This document shows, piece after piece, positions 13,270 through 25,464 of a stretch of 64,000 bases of DNA. Below the pieces are notes generated by a model. It saw only the letters and a list, made by a program, of their open reading frames with translations. It ran no database searches and was not told the origin of the DNA. Positions within the stretch are counted from its first letter, which is position 1; each line of letters starts with the position of its first letter. The stretch is from the NCBI RefSeq assembly GCF_052425735.1, contig NC_135766.1:25172001-25236000 (forward strand), given 5' to 3'. Origin of the DNA: Oculina patagonica. Its lineage: Eukaryota. The position numbers were made by a program, and so were the translations under genes.

Positions 13270-14217
13270 GGTCGCGGGGGACACCTTAGGCTCATCATTA
13301 TGCATTTATTTAAAGCGTATGCACGAAGTACAACGACTGACATCGACAACTTTACGAGATATTTATGACTGGATAAAAATATGGGCGCGTGCGCGTGATT
13401 TGTAAAAAATTCCTGTTTCTTTGATATATTAACCAATTTAAACAACACTTAGCGATATACGTTCATATAGATTGTAGGAAGTCTTTGAGCTTATTTTCAT
13501 TTTAATTTGAATATTTCTGCAACTCAGAGTAACTGTCACAAAATATTCGGCATAAACAATCGTGTCCTATTAAAAACGCATTGTTCTCGCCGTAAAAGCG
13601 TGGAATATAATTACCATAATTACATCTCTCCTTGGCAAAATGATCGTATTTAGGTCGGGACACCTTCGGAAATCTCAAACTTTTGACTTTTCCGACAATT
13701 TTGTGGCAGAGAATACAGCACGGATACAGAACTTCATGACTTGCCACTGCAGATAGATAAACTATGAATACTGTAGTGTGTCATAACAGAAGCGGAATTT
13801 TAAAAGAGCGCTTTTAGAAAGAGGTAGAAGACATTAAATTCAAATTTGCGCACTTAAACCGCCGTAATTTGCTGGCAAACTTTAAATTTAAAAATCCGCT
13901 TCTGTTATGACACTCTAGAGGTATTGACTGATTAGTTTTTGACAAGATCCCAGTGTGCTGTCTTCTACTCGTTCCGCAAACTCTGCCACAAAATCATGTT
14001 TTTCCCAATTGGCACTCACGAGGCTATAACATCGACGTTAAATGCAATCTACCAGATAAAAGACGACATTCACAATCTTTCATCAATTCTTTATGTCTCT
14101 GTAAAATTTGAGCTTAATCGCACCCATAACAGCTGAGAAATATGCGTTTTAAAAGATGCAGGTCAAGCAAAATTTCCCTTCATGAATTTATTCATGCAGT
14201 TGGTATCCCCCGCGACC
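13270..14217. mobile_element. Non-autonomous DNA transposon, Kolobok-like, with nested ~145-bp MITE at ~13773-13917
   Basis: 16-bp TIR GGTCGCGGGGGA(C/T)ACC with TTAA TSD on both sides and RR termini. Inner element has TIR TAG(T/A)GTGTCATAACAGAAGCGGA. Confidence 0.75.
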
Positions 14218-17200
14218 TTAAATAAGGGTAAATGGGTAAATCACTTCACGTTTTCCCACCCTTGAGTCCTGACTAAACCAACAGGAAGGTAAGCATTCAG
14301 TCTAACTGCGGGCCTGTAGCACGAAAGACATCGTCAAATAATGAAACGCGGGTGTTTGATTGACCTCGTAGCTTTGTGTACAAACGGAAATTTTCGCTTC
14401 AACGCGTTTCAAAATAAAATGGGTTTTTCCAAACTTCGTTTTTTCCGTCGACCACAAAAATATGGCTCGGAGCCTGTATTGTGTTCATTGTGGATCTTAA
14501 TATTCCCATCAACAACCAACTGCAATCTGGTACAGTAAATAAATCCTTTATTAAACCTGAGGTCAATTTGATAGTAAAGTTTCATGTGAATAACAGTTCT
14601 GCATCTACAGTTTGAATTCAGTGGGATTTTTTCATGCATCATCCTAAACTTAAGATCTAGATGCCAAAATAATCTGCACATCGGTTAATAACCCAGTGAA
14701 AAACTAAGCTGATTTAGGCAGAAAACTAATTAATCATGCAAAAATTCTGCCTCTTGTTGATCTCAGCATTTATTAAATTTCTCTTACGTATTTGATGGTA
14801 ATAAGACAATATAAATCTAATGGTTTTCCCATGATTCAATGTACGTCTGCTTGAAATTTATTGATATTGTTAAGAGAAATGAGACGTGGATCACTCTTGG
14901 AAGTTAAAAATGTTCGAACAGGGGGTAGCTATATAGTATAACCTCCCACCCAGGGGCGATCGCCCCTAAAAACGACTGAGGCTAGAGGTAGCTGGTAGCA
15001 TCAATCTTAATAATATACATAAAAAAAATTCTCGAATCTGATTGGCTAAGAAAAATGAAGTTTTTAGCAAATCCGATGCAGAAATGAGTTAATTTAGTGC
15101 AGAAATAAGGAAATTCAGTGCAAAAAAGAGAAATAAACAGAGCATTTTGATTGGTTAATAAAAAAGGAACGCTTCCACGCGATCTGAATGGCGCGAAGTT
15201 TGGATCTGCACAGTGTTACGAGCAAAATTTAAATTTTAGGTTTTAAGGTTTTCTTTCCCGACCGAAACAATATACCGTTATAGAGGACCTGAAAACAGCT
15301 CTAAAAACAATAAAATTTAAAACTGAAAAGCACTGCTTTTTGGTTGTGTGTTTGGAATTAGTGGTTTCCCAAGAAGGGAATTGCTGACGAAACCGAAACT
15401 ACGAGCCGACTGAGCAAAACTCGACAAGTGTCAGAAGAAGAAGTAACTCGGTGGTAAACATCCAGAAACTTTTATTCAGACAAGTCATTGAACTGTTTAG
15501 CTGGATTTTTCGGGTTAACAACTTTTAAAACATTAAGAAACCTGTTGTTTGACCTTATTTGACTGAACCAGTGATGATATTTGCAGAGTTTGAATAAATT
15601 ATTTTTGTACGAGATTCGCCCATGTTGCTTTCTCGCAACTTTTTCATGAATATTATCAATAATAAGCACTTGATTTATCTCATGCAACTTGGGATAAATA
15701 AGCACTCGTAAATTTCAAAGACTAGTGGGCCTTTCAAAAATTTACTCGTGCCTATTTATCCCAAATTGCAGACTAAATCTTGTGATTACCTGCACAAATA
15801 TGTATTCTTTTTTGTTTGCTTTTATTGACAGAAGTCCTAATAATTTGGTGCAGTTATGGATGGCTTGTTGGGATGGGTTGACGTAAGAAAGGTCGAGGGT
15901 AGTGAACTGTTTCTGTTCATGTATTGGTATCATCAGCCCCCATGGCCAGTTCCAAATAATCGTGTGTCACGCTCCAGCCGCAGGGAAAGGATGATACTAA
16001 ATGAGCTGTTGAAGTAAGTTACAATCATGAATAGGCTTACATTTTGTAAAAAAAAAAAACATCAAAAGGCTTAGGATGTAAGATAGCTACAGCATAATTC
16101 GTGAACGCAGGTTAGAAATTATATAAATAAATAGACCCGCTATGCGCACGTGACTACCTCTTTACTAGTACTGTCTGTAATTCCTGATCTGCCTATTCCA
16201 GGATAACTGCTTTAGAAAACTCTCCGTGAAATCATGAGCTATATGATAAATGGATTTCGACTAACAAAAAGCAAATTAGTTCCACAAATGGGTAACCAAG
16301 CGTTTTGAACAGAGAGGTCTTGGATGCTAAAATATAGACAAGGAGTTCCAGTGCCCACTCCCCGAAAACAAACAGCATTTTCTTTGGGGGTGACCGGACT
16401 TTACCGGGGTTCGTCTGCAAGGCAAGCTAACTCTTACAAGTTTCATTTATTTTTTCGCCATATAGTGACGTTTCAATATTAAGAGAAGTAGCGAGTGAAG
16501 GAAATATATTTTTTCGGCTACATTCCAGAAACGTTACACGATCAGTCTGATGTCAAACTTGCACGCCCTGTGTAAACAATTATATAGAGCGTTTTCACGT
16601 TACGTCGTCAAAATTCTAAATTCGAAACTATTGAACCTACAAAGCTGTTCTTTCAGTATATTCTAGACATCAGTGTCACTAATTGCTGGAGAAAAGTTTG
16701 TGCCAGGAGAGTGCTTTGTTTTGGAGATAAAGGGTTTCGAAATTTGAGACAACCCAACTCAACGTGATCTCAAATGTTACAGAAAACAGTATTTCCGCAC
16801 TTTTAAAATGCTTTCAGATATGCTTATAAGTTAAAAATGATAATCAAAGCATTTCGAAGTGCACCGCATGACTTTGGTATCAAAATCTTTCTTCTTGCAG
16901 ACAGGTTTGGCCGCCATATTGGTGTACCAAAGTGGAACATGTACACCAGTATGGGGGTCTTATACAACGCTCTGTAATTTTCCAAAGTTTGTTTTCCCAA
17001 TAACTTGGCTGCAATGAACACTTCCAGGTTAACATTTGAGGAATATATTCCTTTACACCTACTCCACAATCTTTGAGTTTGTTGATGTTTTTGACGCTCT
17101 ATTCTATACATTATACTACTTGTGAGCAAACAAACATACACACGCATAGAATTGCAGCAACGGTAGAAGTTTTTCCTACCCAGTGTTTTCTAATTTGGCA

Positions 17201-17452
17201 CTTCGCGCTATAACACCGAATGCAAATTAGTTTAGCATCCAGGACTTCTCGGTTCAATAAAGCCTTGGTTACCCATAAGTTGTGGAACTTATTCGAACGC
17301 GAAAAAGTAAAAGACGACATTATTTGTAAGAAATCTGCTTTTATTTAGTCGAAATTGACTTATTCTGTAGCTCATGGTGAAATTGTAATTAAACGATCCT
17401 CAAATTTGATTATATGGTATTGATAGTATGCATACAGCAGTCCAGTGATAAT

Positions 17453-18098
17453 AGGGACTTTAAGATACCTGGACGGCTAACCTCGAGGACGGTAGAATTT
17501 CGCGAGGAGGACTGGGCTGATGTCGACGTCCTTGGCGGGAACTTCCAATGTTAAGAGCCAGCGTGTGTGAACGGAGGACGGCTTCGTTAGTGGATCAATA
17601 ATTCCTTAGACCAAAACATTCGAAGAAAAACATTTGGCGCTTTTAGCTCAAAGTGTGGGACCAGAAAGCACTATTTTCATTCACAGGGTACAAATTCCAA
17701 GTGAAATTTTTGTAGAAACACAAGCAAGAAAGTTCATGATATCACGCACGTGGCTTCGCCGTCAGCGTTTATGCAAAGCACAGCAAATATATTCGCAACC
17801 GCAAATAAAACTTGACTTCTAAACTTTTTATCAGTACCAAACCAAGAATACCATAAAGGACCACCTAACAAAGTAACAGAATTAAAAAAAATAATGAGAT
17901 TTTTAAACGAAATCTTACAAAAAGCACTCCCGTTCACTGGTGGACGGCAAAACTCTACTTCTCACGTCCTCGACAACAGCTGGACGGAGCTGGACGGCAA
18001 TGTGCGTGGAGCGGGCATGCGCAATATAGGCTACACGCGAAAAATTACTTCCGGTCAGCCGTCCTCGAGGTCAGCCGTTCAGGTATCTTAAAGTCCCT
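17453..18098. mobile_element. MITE (PIF/Harbinger-like), complete copy
   Basis: ~40-bp TIR AGGGACTTTAAGATACCTG(G/A)ACGGCT(A/G)ACCTCGAGGACGG with 3-bp AAT TSD. Confidence 0.8.
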
Positions 18099-18374
18099 AA
18101 TAGGGACTCTGGACGGCTGACCTCGAGGACGGTAGAATTTCGCGAGGAGGACTGGGCCGATGTCGACGTTCAACAATCCTACATCAAGGATACTACCGAT
18201 TTTATTAACTTTGTGAAAAAAACTAAGATACGCCAGAATACAATTCTATTATCTATGGATGTCACAAGCTTGTATACAAATATGCCACACGAGGAGGGAA
18301 TAGAAACTGTATGCCAGGCATACGAAACGTTTCACAATAAAAAAACCCCTATCCCGACAAAATATCTCAGGGAT

Positions 18375-18885
18375 AATCAATGTAAAAGGAAAAATAAATT
18401 TCCTTGTACTGCGTGGCACTTGTAAAAGTACAAAAATATACGTATAAAATTCTCACTTAATGAGTTTTAAGTGCCTAATAAATTTAAAGTTCCAGACGTT
18501 TCGGGCTTAGCCCTTCATCAGTGGAAAGTCAGGATTTCGGTTAAAAAACGCTCGCTTGCGCCATGAAAACAAATTTGAGTTCAAAGGCGCGCGCGCAATA
18601 AGAGCGCGCGACACCCTAAAGATAACGAAAATCTGAATTCAGACCATGTGGCTGACTGGTGCCCAGCTGGAAAATAAGGCGCATTTCCTGGCGCATTTCC
18701 TGGCGTTTGCGGAGTTTAGTTTATTTCCGCCACAGGGCATGACGCCCCGGACTTGTGCGTCTTGCAGGGCGTGTCCGTTTGCATTAAAATGCTCTGCGAC
18801 AGGAAATCCCGGCAGGTTCTTCTCGATGCTGCTGCTCACCGAAGCGTTCTCTTAATGTCCGGCCTGTCTCGCCGATGTAGATGGC
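18375..18885 (-). mobile_element. 3' end of a second Penelope-like element (GIY-YIG endonuclease fragment plus pLTR)
   Basis: IYIGETGRTLRERF and PVAEHFNANGH motifs, followed by a hammerhead ribozyme. Confidence 0.8.
18490..18526 (-). ncRNA. Minimal type I hammerhead ribozyme in Penelope pLTR
   Basis: Minus strand UUCCA-CUGAUGA-A-GGGC-UAA-GCCC-GAAA-CGUC-UGGAA: conserved core, stem I UUCCA/UGGAA, stem II GGGC/GCCC, palindromic ACGU stem III. Confidence 0.85.
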
Positions 18886-19192
18886 GATAACTATCTCCAA
18901 ACCCACGGAACCGCAATGGGTACAAAAATGGCGGTTGCCTTTGCCAACATCTTTATGGAAAAATTTGAAACACAACTCATTCGCCAAAGCAATATCAAGC
19001 CAAGAGAATGGAGACGTTATATCGATGACATCTTCTCTTTGTGGGATCAAGATAAACAGGACATTTCTCTGTTTATTGAACAAGCAAACAAATTCCACCC
19101 TACGATAAAATTCACAGCTGAAATTTCAGAGAACGAATTAACTTTCCTCGACACAGTGGTATACAAAAGAGATAGATTTAAAACGGAATCTA

Positions 19193-20538
19193 TGAATGAA
19201 TGAATGACTTTATTAACGTGTCTAAAATGTTTAGCTGAGGGGAAAAGTCCCCTCTACTAATTGTGGACACCTGACTAAGAAAAAACTTTAAAAAACTTTA
19301 ACCTATCATTATACAACTATTAATAATTTAAAGTTAAAATAAGTTAAAAAAGAAGCTATTTACATAATAAAAACGGGTAAAAAAAAGTAAATCTATTTAT
19401 ATGATAAAAAAAGACTATATACATGGCTAGCTATTTACATAATAAAAACAGGTAAAAAAGTAAATCTATTTATGTGATAAAAAAGACTATATACAGGGCT
19501 AGTATTAATAGTCACAGAGGCGGCAATTGCAACGTTCATTGTTTAAAAAGTTATTGAAGTCACGTTTCCGAATCGTTTTTTTAAATGTCTTAAGTGACTG
19601 GCAGTTTCTTTCATCCGTCGTCAGGTGGCCCCAGAGCTTCGGCCCCAGGTATCTAATAGAATGCTTTCCGTACGTAACTGTAGTGAAGCGGGGCATCGAA
19701 AAGTCTGATTGTCTCAGCTGGTAGGACGACTGATGAGGCTTAAATAGCTGACGGATCGGATTTGGACTAAGCCCATTTTTAACCTTATACATCAGTATGC
19801 ATATATCTTGCAATCGCCTATTTTTTAAAGTAGGTAGTTCTGCCCTCTTTAGTAAAACTTCGTAGCTTGATCGATCATCTTTAAAAACTGCTCTTAATCC
19901 TCTTTCCTGTATCCTCTCCAATCTACGTGTATCACTTGCACGACAGAAATGCCAGACTAGATGACAAAATATTAAGTGAGGTAGGATAGCTGCTTTATAA
20001 AGCTGTAATTTGGCTTTTGTTGGGATAAGATTTTTTAGTCTCATAATGACTCCTATTCTTTGGCTCGCCTTTTTGCATACAGTAGTGATATGGTCTCTAA
20101 AACTTAGTTTATCATCTATTGTTACTCCCAAAAGATTCAGGCTGTTCGATGGACTGATTTCAGTATTTTTTATCTTAATCACATCTGTGTGATACTGGTT
20201 GGCACCATTGCTACAGATGTTCATAGTCTGATACTTTTTGAGATTTCCTTCCAATAAGTTGGAGTCGTACCACTCGGTAGCGAGAGCAGCGCTTTCCTTT
20301 AATTTTGTGGTGACAGAATGTAAGTCTGCCCCCATTTCGTAGATCTGGTGGTCATCAGCATACATCGATAGGGATGAGGTTATATTATGCGTCATATCGT
20401 TTTGGAAAATATTCCAAAGAAGGGGTCCCAGTGCGGATCCTTGCGGACATCCTCGACTTGTACATCTAAACGAGCTTGTAAGGGATCCTATTCTCACCCG
20501 ATTGTATCGATCACATAGGTAGCTACGCAATAGGTTCT
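19193..20538 (-). mobile_element. 5'-truncated CR1/L2-type LINE inserted into Penelope RT
   Basis: ORF 19505-20530 has GCPQGSALGP and YADD motifs. AATAAA plus (TTCA)n tail at 19193-19214. Removing it restores ACG GAA TCT ATC CTA GAC in the Penelope frame. Confidence 0.9.
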
Positions 20539-21987
20539 GATATCCTAGACATCAGAACCCACTATAAGCCGACTGAAACCTTTCAGTATACACATTACAC
20601 CTCGTGTCACCCGCCGGGTGTTAAAAGAGGTTTCATTAAAGGCGAAGCAATAAGACTCCTTAGAACAAACTCTTCAGAAAAAACATTTGAAGAGTGTCTC
20701 TCTAACTTCAAATCGCGCCTAAGAGCGCGTGGCTATCCACAAACCTTTATAGAGAGATCACTAGCGGAGGTGAACTTTGCCGGAAGAAAGTCGGCTCTCA
20801 AACAAAATAAAAAGACTCACAAGAAAATATTGCCATTTGTCACTACATATCACCCATCAGTGCGCGACCTTAAACAAATATTAATGGAAAACTGGGGTTT
20901 AATACAAAATCAGCCATTGCTGAAAAAAATCTACACAAAGCCTGCAATTATATCATATAAGAGGGGTAAATCCCTCAAAGATACGCTCGTTAGAGCGAAA
21001 CTTTGACCCAAGGCTCAAATGCGTCGCGATTAAAGGTCACGGAGTTTATTCCTGTTTATTCTAACGATAAGACATGTTAAGAGCCGGCGTGTGTGAACGG
21101 AGGACGGCTTCGTTAGTGGATCAATAATTCCTTTGCCCAAAACATGCGAAGAAAAACATTTGGCGCTTCTAGCCCAAAGTCTGGGACCAGAAAGCACTAT
21201 TTTCATTCACAGGGTACAAATTCCAAGTGAAATTTTTGTAGAAACACAAGCAAGAAAGTTCATAATTTCACGCGCGTGGCTTCGCCATCAGCGTTTATGC
21301 AAAGCACAGCAAATATATTCGCAACCGCAAATAAAACGTGACTTCTTAACTTTTTATCAGTAACAAAAAGCACTCCCGTTCACTGATGGACGGCAAAACT
21401 CTACTTCTCACGTCCCCGACATCAGCTGGACGGGGCTGGACGGCAATGTGCGTGGAGCGGGCATGCGCAATATAGGCTACACGCGAAAAATTACTTCCGG
21501 TCAGCCGTCCGCGAGTTCAGTCGTCCAGGTATCTTAAAGTGTTTTGTTCGCTGAACACATTATTCATTTAGCCCTGTACCCAGTGTGCAGTAGGTGAAAT
21601 GGTTGAAAATTTAAGTGATTAAGACACCCCATTTAAGGCCTTGAGGATGACACTCAGGTGTCACGGCTTCCTATAGGGATGCCCTGTTCTCAAAAGAAGC
21701 TAAGGGGCTTCAAACGCAGTATATGTTTGTATGAATTAGATTGTATCGGGACAAATATCATCACGAGAGACATGACGTATAAAGAGTCAGTCTGTGGGAA
21801 GGCCAAACCCTGCCACGCCTCTACGGTTGATTAAGAACCCTGTTAACGTTGATATTTTTTTTTATTTTACTCTCGATTTTAGTCAGTGTTAGCTGTTACA
21901 TACTAATACTAAATAATATGATTGTTTAAATAAAGTTTTATTGTTATTGTTATTGTTATACTAATGCACTTTCCTTGTCCCTCTTAG

Positions 21988-22870
21988 TGAGCTACTAAAT
22001 GACCCACTGATAACAGTTCAGTACCTCAAGTTAAGGCCGAACAAAAGCAGTACCAAAGTATCACACCCCCAAGGTTCTTACCGCATCGACTCTCAAACCC
22101 CCTACGCTTACTATGACCACACTCGTGACATTGCCAATCTTCAGTATCAATTTACCAATAGAAAGACGAATCGCCAGGATACTTATGCTAACACTGTTAT
22201 AAAATACAAACCAAGTATAGTAGTACCTGCTGACCTGTCTTATCAACTTATTAATGAAAGAGCCGTTGAAATTGATGACCCTGAATATGGATTCACAAAT
22301 GCAGATATCAAAAGGTTGTTTCACGCTGCAATGCAGCAAAGTGCAGAGCACCAAAGCATCAATCGGATGTGTTGGGTGATTATATCATTGGACCCGCAAA
22401 AAAAGAAAAACCCATCTTGGCGTTATCGTTCAAAGTGCGCTATTATGGAATTAAAGACGAGTCTGAGCGGAGTTCGAGGCGTCGAACAGTATATCACACA
22501 AGTGGAAAACATTTTCAAGAATGGAGGGAATTCAGAAGATCCAAACATAATTTTTCCAATGCCAGTAAGTGCCTCTAACTCAAGTGCTTTAAGAAAAGCC
22601 ACAACCAGAGGTGCAGAAACTGTTTTGAAGGAAATATCTTTAGATGGCCTTCGCGTTGTTGGATTGCTGCGTGCAGCTGAAATAAGATTTCGAAAGAGTG
22701 ATTATTTTGGTGCCCTCTGTGAAGTTGTAGCTGCAGCTGCATCCATGGTTCCATTCTATGTCTTCTATGGCAGAGCTATTTCCTTTACAATCACAACTGG
22801 CCTGCTATATAGAGATATCAGTGCTAGGGATGAGTTTTCTCAGAGGTCTGAACTTGGAACAGAAGCATAA
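21988..22870 (+). CDS. Long terminal exon of an uncharacterised gene
   Basis: The frame of ORF 22316-22870 stays open back to 21965, with a pyrimidine tract and AG acceptor at 21987 (~294 codons). Hydrophobic C-terminus. No recognisable family. Confidence 0.45.
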
Positions 22871-23079
22871 TACCTGGAATGGCGAGGGAAAATAGGTGAA
22901 CGGATACTTGTTTGCAATTGCCTAGTCAGACTGTACAGACTTGTTCACGTAATTATTTCTTCTTGACGATCGCCTGTCCAAACAATTTTTTATAGTAGTT
23001 CCTTAGTATTGCACTGCACAGTCTTATTGCGCATAATTGCACGAGTGGTTAGCACAGTGCGCAATTAAAATATGGCAGT

Positions 23080-23312
23080 TTTCTCTCTCCTCCGCAGAGG
23101 CCTCTTTCGTGTTTCGAACGGGCTGGGAAATGGGGAGAGGAACGGGAAGAGGTGAAAAGTAAGTGCGCGGAGACTGGAGAGAATCGAAACGAAAGCGCGC
23201 GGGGTCGTCTCCCGCGATCCCCCAACTTTTCATTTTTCGTGTTTTTCGCCTTCCTCCCCCCGTGTTTTTCGCCTTCCCCCACTAAAGGAGCCTCTGCGGA
23301 GGAGAGAGGCAG
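23080..23312. mobile_element. Short MITE-like inverted-repeat element
   Basis: TCTCTCCTCCGCAGAGG at the left end and CCTCTGCGGAGGAGAGA at the right end. Confidence 0.6.
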
Positions 23313-23867
23313 TTTTTACTTTATGGCTGGAGTTGGCCAATGCATGTTAAGAGGGGTTAATCGTTATTTTCGCATAAACGCGGAGTATGTTGACCTATCT
23401 GGATTTCTCTTGTGTTTTGAATTGAGCAAAACTTTTTTTTCTGAATAATAAACATGGACCAATCACCAGTGAAGAAAATAAAACAATAATCGGGAACTGA
23501 ATTTAGCAGACCTTAGCGGGCAATCGTAAATATATTGATGATGTTATAAGGAATTATTGCACGTATACAAAAGGTGCTGTTGCTCCCAAACGAGTATGGG
23601 AACCACCCATTTTGATTTCAAACTTTAAGATTCTATAAGATAAAGAACAAATGGGGAAAGTATGAAAAAAGTCTTGGGAAGGTTCTATTTCAAAGAATTA
23701 AATGCTTTAATACTTGTAAATGAATAGTTAGTTAGTTCTTATCAGTTAGCATTTTAACTGAACTTAGTATTTTTTAATACCTTATAATAGGTACACTGTA
23801 ACACGATCCCACAAGCGAAAGCTTTAATTTTTTCACGTATAAATAAAGGTTTTGTATTGCAATTTTT

Positions 23868-24560
23868 ACTTTATCTCCGATGTGATACTCTCTCTTTCTG
23901 TGAGCGCTGAATTTTTGTCCAGCTTTTTATTTAGCGACGATGAGGAGGCTGGGTCTCTATGCTGGCAAAATGAGCAACTGTAAGGACAGCCTCGAGTTGT
24001 CTCCCAGCGCATGAAGTCCTGAGGTTGGAGGGTGCCATCCAAGAAAGGGGAAGCGAGCTCGGACAGTGTGGTAGAAGTGTGAAGACCCTTGTCTTGGGAT
24101 CTCGCTAAGTGGACTCCCAGGATATCTTCCTTCCCTTCTGCTAATTCTGACACAGCGTGTTCTGCATACCCACGGATGAACACATCTACTTCTGGATAGT
24201 ATTTCTCTAACTGGCCTTTCTCGACGTACGAGACCTGAGGACCTGCCATAACAACTCGACCGCGGAAATTGTATTTTTTCAGCTCCTTAAGGATTGTCTT
24301 GAGAAAAGGCTCGTTCCAGACAAAACCAACCAAACATGAGATCATATTTCGAGTCGTTGTACTGTCTCCAGATGGTATCGAGGATGTTTCTTGCTAGCGA
24401 ATACACCTGCGTTTCTTCTGCAATGTTATAAGTATGAGCATTGTATTCGATTTTCTTCTGCTTTAAATGACTCACAATACTCGCTACTCCCAGAGATAGT
24501 CTTGGATCTTTCGGTCGAATATGATCCAGACTAATCAAAATTGGAATTTTGGATCGTAGC
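23868..24560 (-). pseudogene. Truncated, frameshifted paralog of the B12 radical SAM gene
   Basis: Near-identical to the 5' half of 9944-11293. Frameshift near 24325 (caaaaccaaccaaac vs caaagccaccaaac). Homology stops shortly after the CxxxCxxC motif. Confidence 0.9.
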
Positions 24561-25393
24561 ATTTTGATTTTGTTTTCCTTGAAGCGAAATGAACTTGTAA
24601 TATTTCCTAGAAAACTGTTTATTTTTATGGCGTCATATAATTTCGTTTCTCGGAAAAAGCGGAAGTCACGTGTTGCAGGAATTTTACATGATTCATTCTC
24701 CGTCTCCAATAAGTTGTCTCAGGGTCTCAAAATCATCGCAGAGAAGACCCTGTGATAGGCTCTTATCGATAGTGCTCCTAAAAAGGCATTTAATGCTTAA
24801 TTAAAGCAGTGATTGTTTTTTGCCAAAAAAAGTGCTAAAATAATGCTATTTTTTTTTTAAAAAAAGTGCTCGTGGGTTACATAAAAATGCTCACTTTTTC
24901 CCATTTTTTTTTAAACATAGACTATTACATTTTTCAGATTTTCAGTTACATTTTTCATTTTCTGCCTTGGCTGGCTGACTTCCATTGTTCCTCGATGACA
25001 ACGTGGATGACGTCATCTTTGGAACGAGTGTGACGGACTTTGTTTCTGGATCTAGAAGGCAACTAGACTGCTAACCTATCAAACCTATTCCCCAGGCCTC
25101 TTCTCGGCTCCTTTGACCAAAATGAGGGCAAAATGCATCTGGGAGGCTTTAGATAAATAAAGTCAGATTGTGCTTTTTAACACAAAACTATACAAATAAT
25201 CAGTCGAAAATCCAAAATAATGCTAGCAGTGCTTTTTGGGATAAAATGTAAAAGAAAAAGCTCTCGAAGCCAAATAATGCCAAAAACAACTATCGGCAAG
25301 AGCCCTAACCCTGGGAACCAAATTGCAAGGTCCATAGTCCGATCCTAGGACTCTCAGCTAGACTTCTTTACAGATTGTGCTTGGCAAAAACGA

Positions 25394-25395
25394 TA

Positions 25396-25452
<57 letters not shown>
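25394..25452 (+). repeat. (AAT)n microsatellite
   Basis: Direct observation. Confidence 0.9.

Positions 25453-25464
<12 letters not shown>

Larger units (their letters stand above)
18170..21006 (+). mobile_element. Penelope-like element RT, broken into three pieces
   Basis: YIKDTTDF...MDVTSLYTN (18170-18372); GTAMGTKMA...RYIDDIF (~18890-19192); ILDIRTHYKPTETFQY...KRGKSLKDTLVRAKL* (~20540-21006). Confidence 0.85.
18102..21540. mobile_element. Second tandem copy of the same MITE, split by nested retroelements
   Basis: 18102-18169 and ~21075-21540 match the 5' and 3' parts of 17453-18098. Confidence 0.8.
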
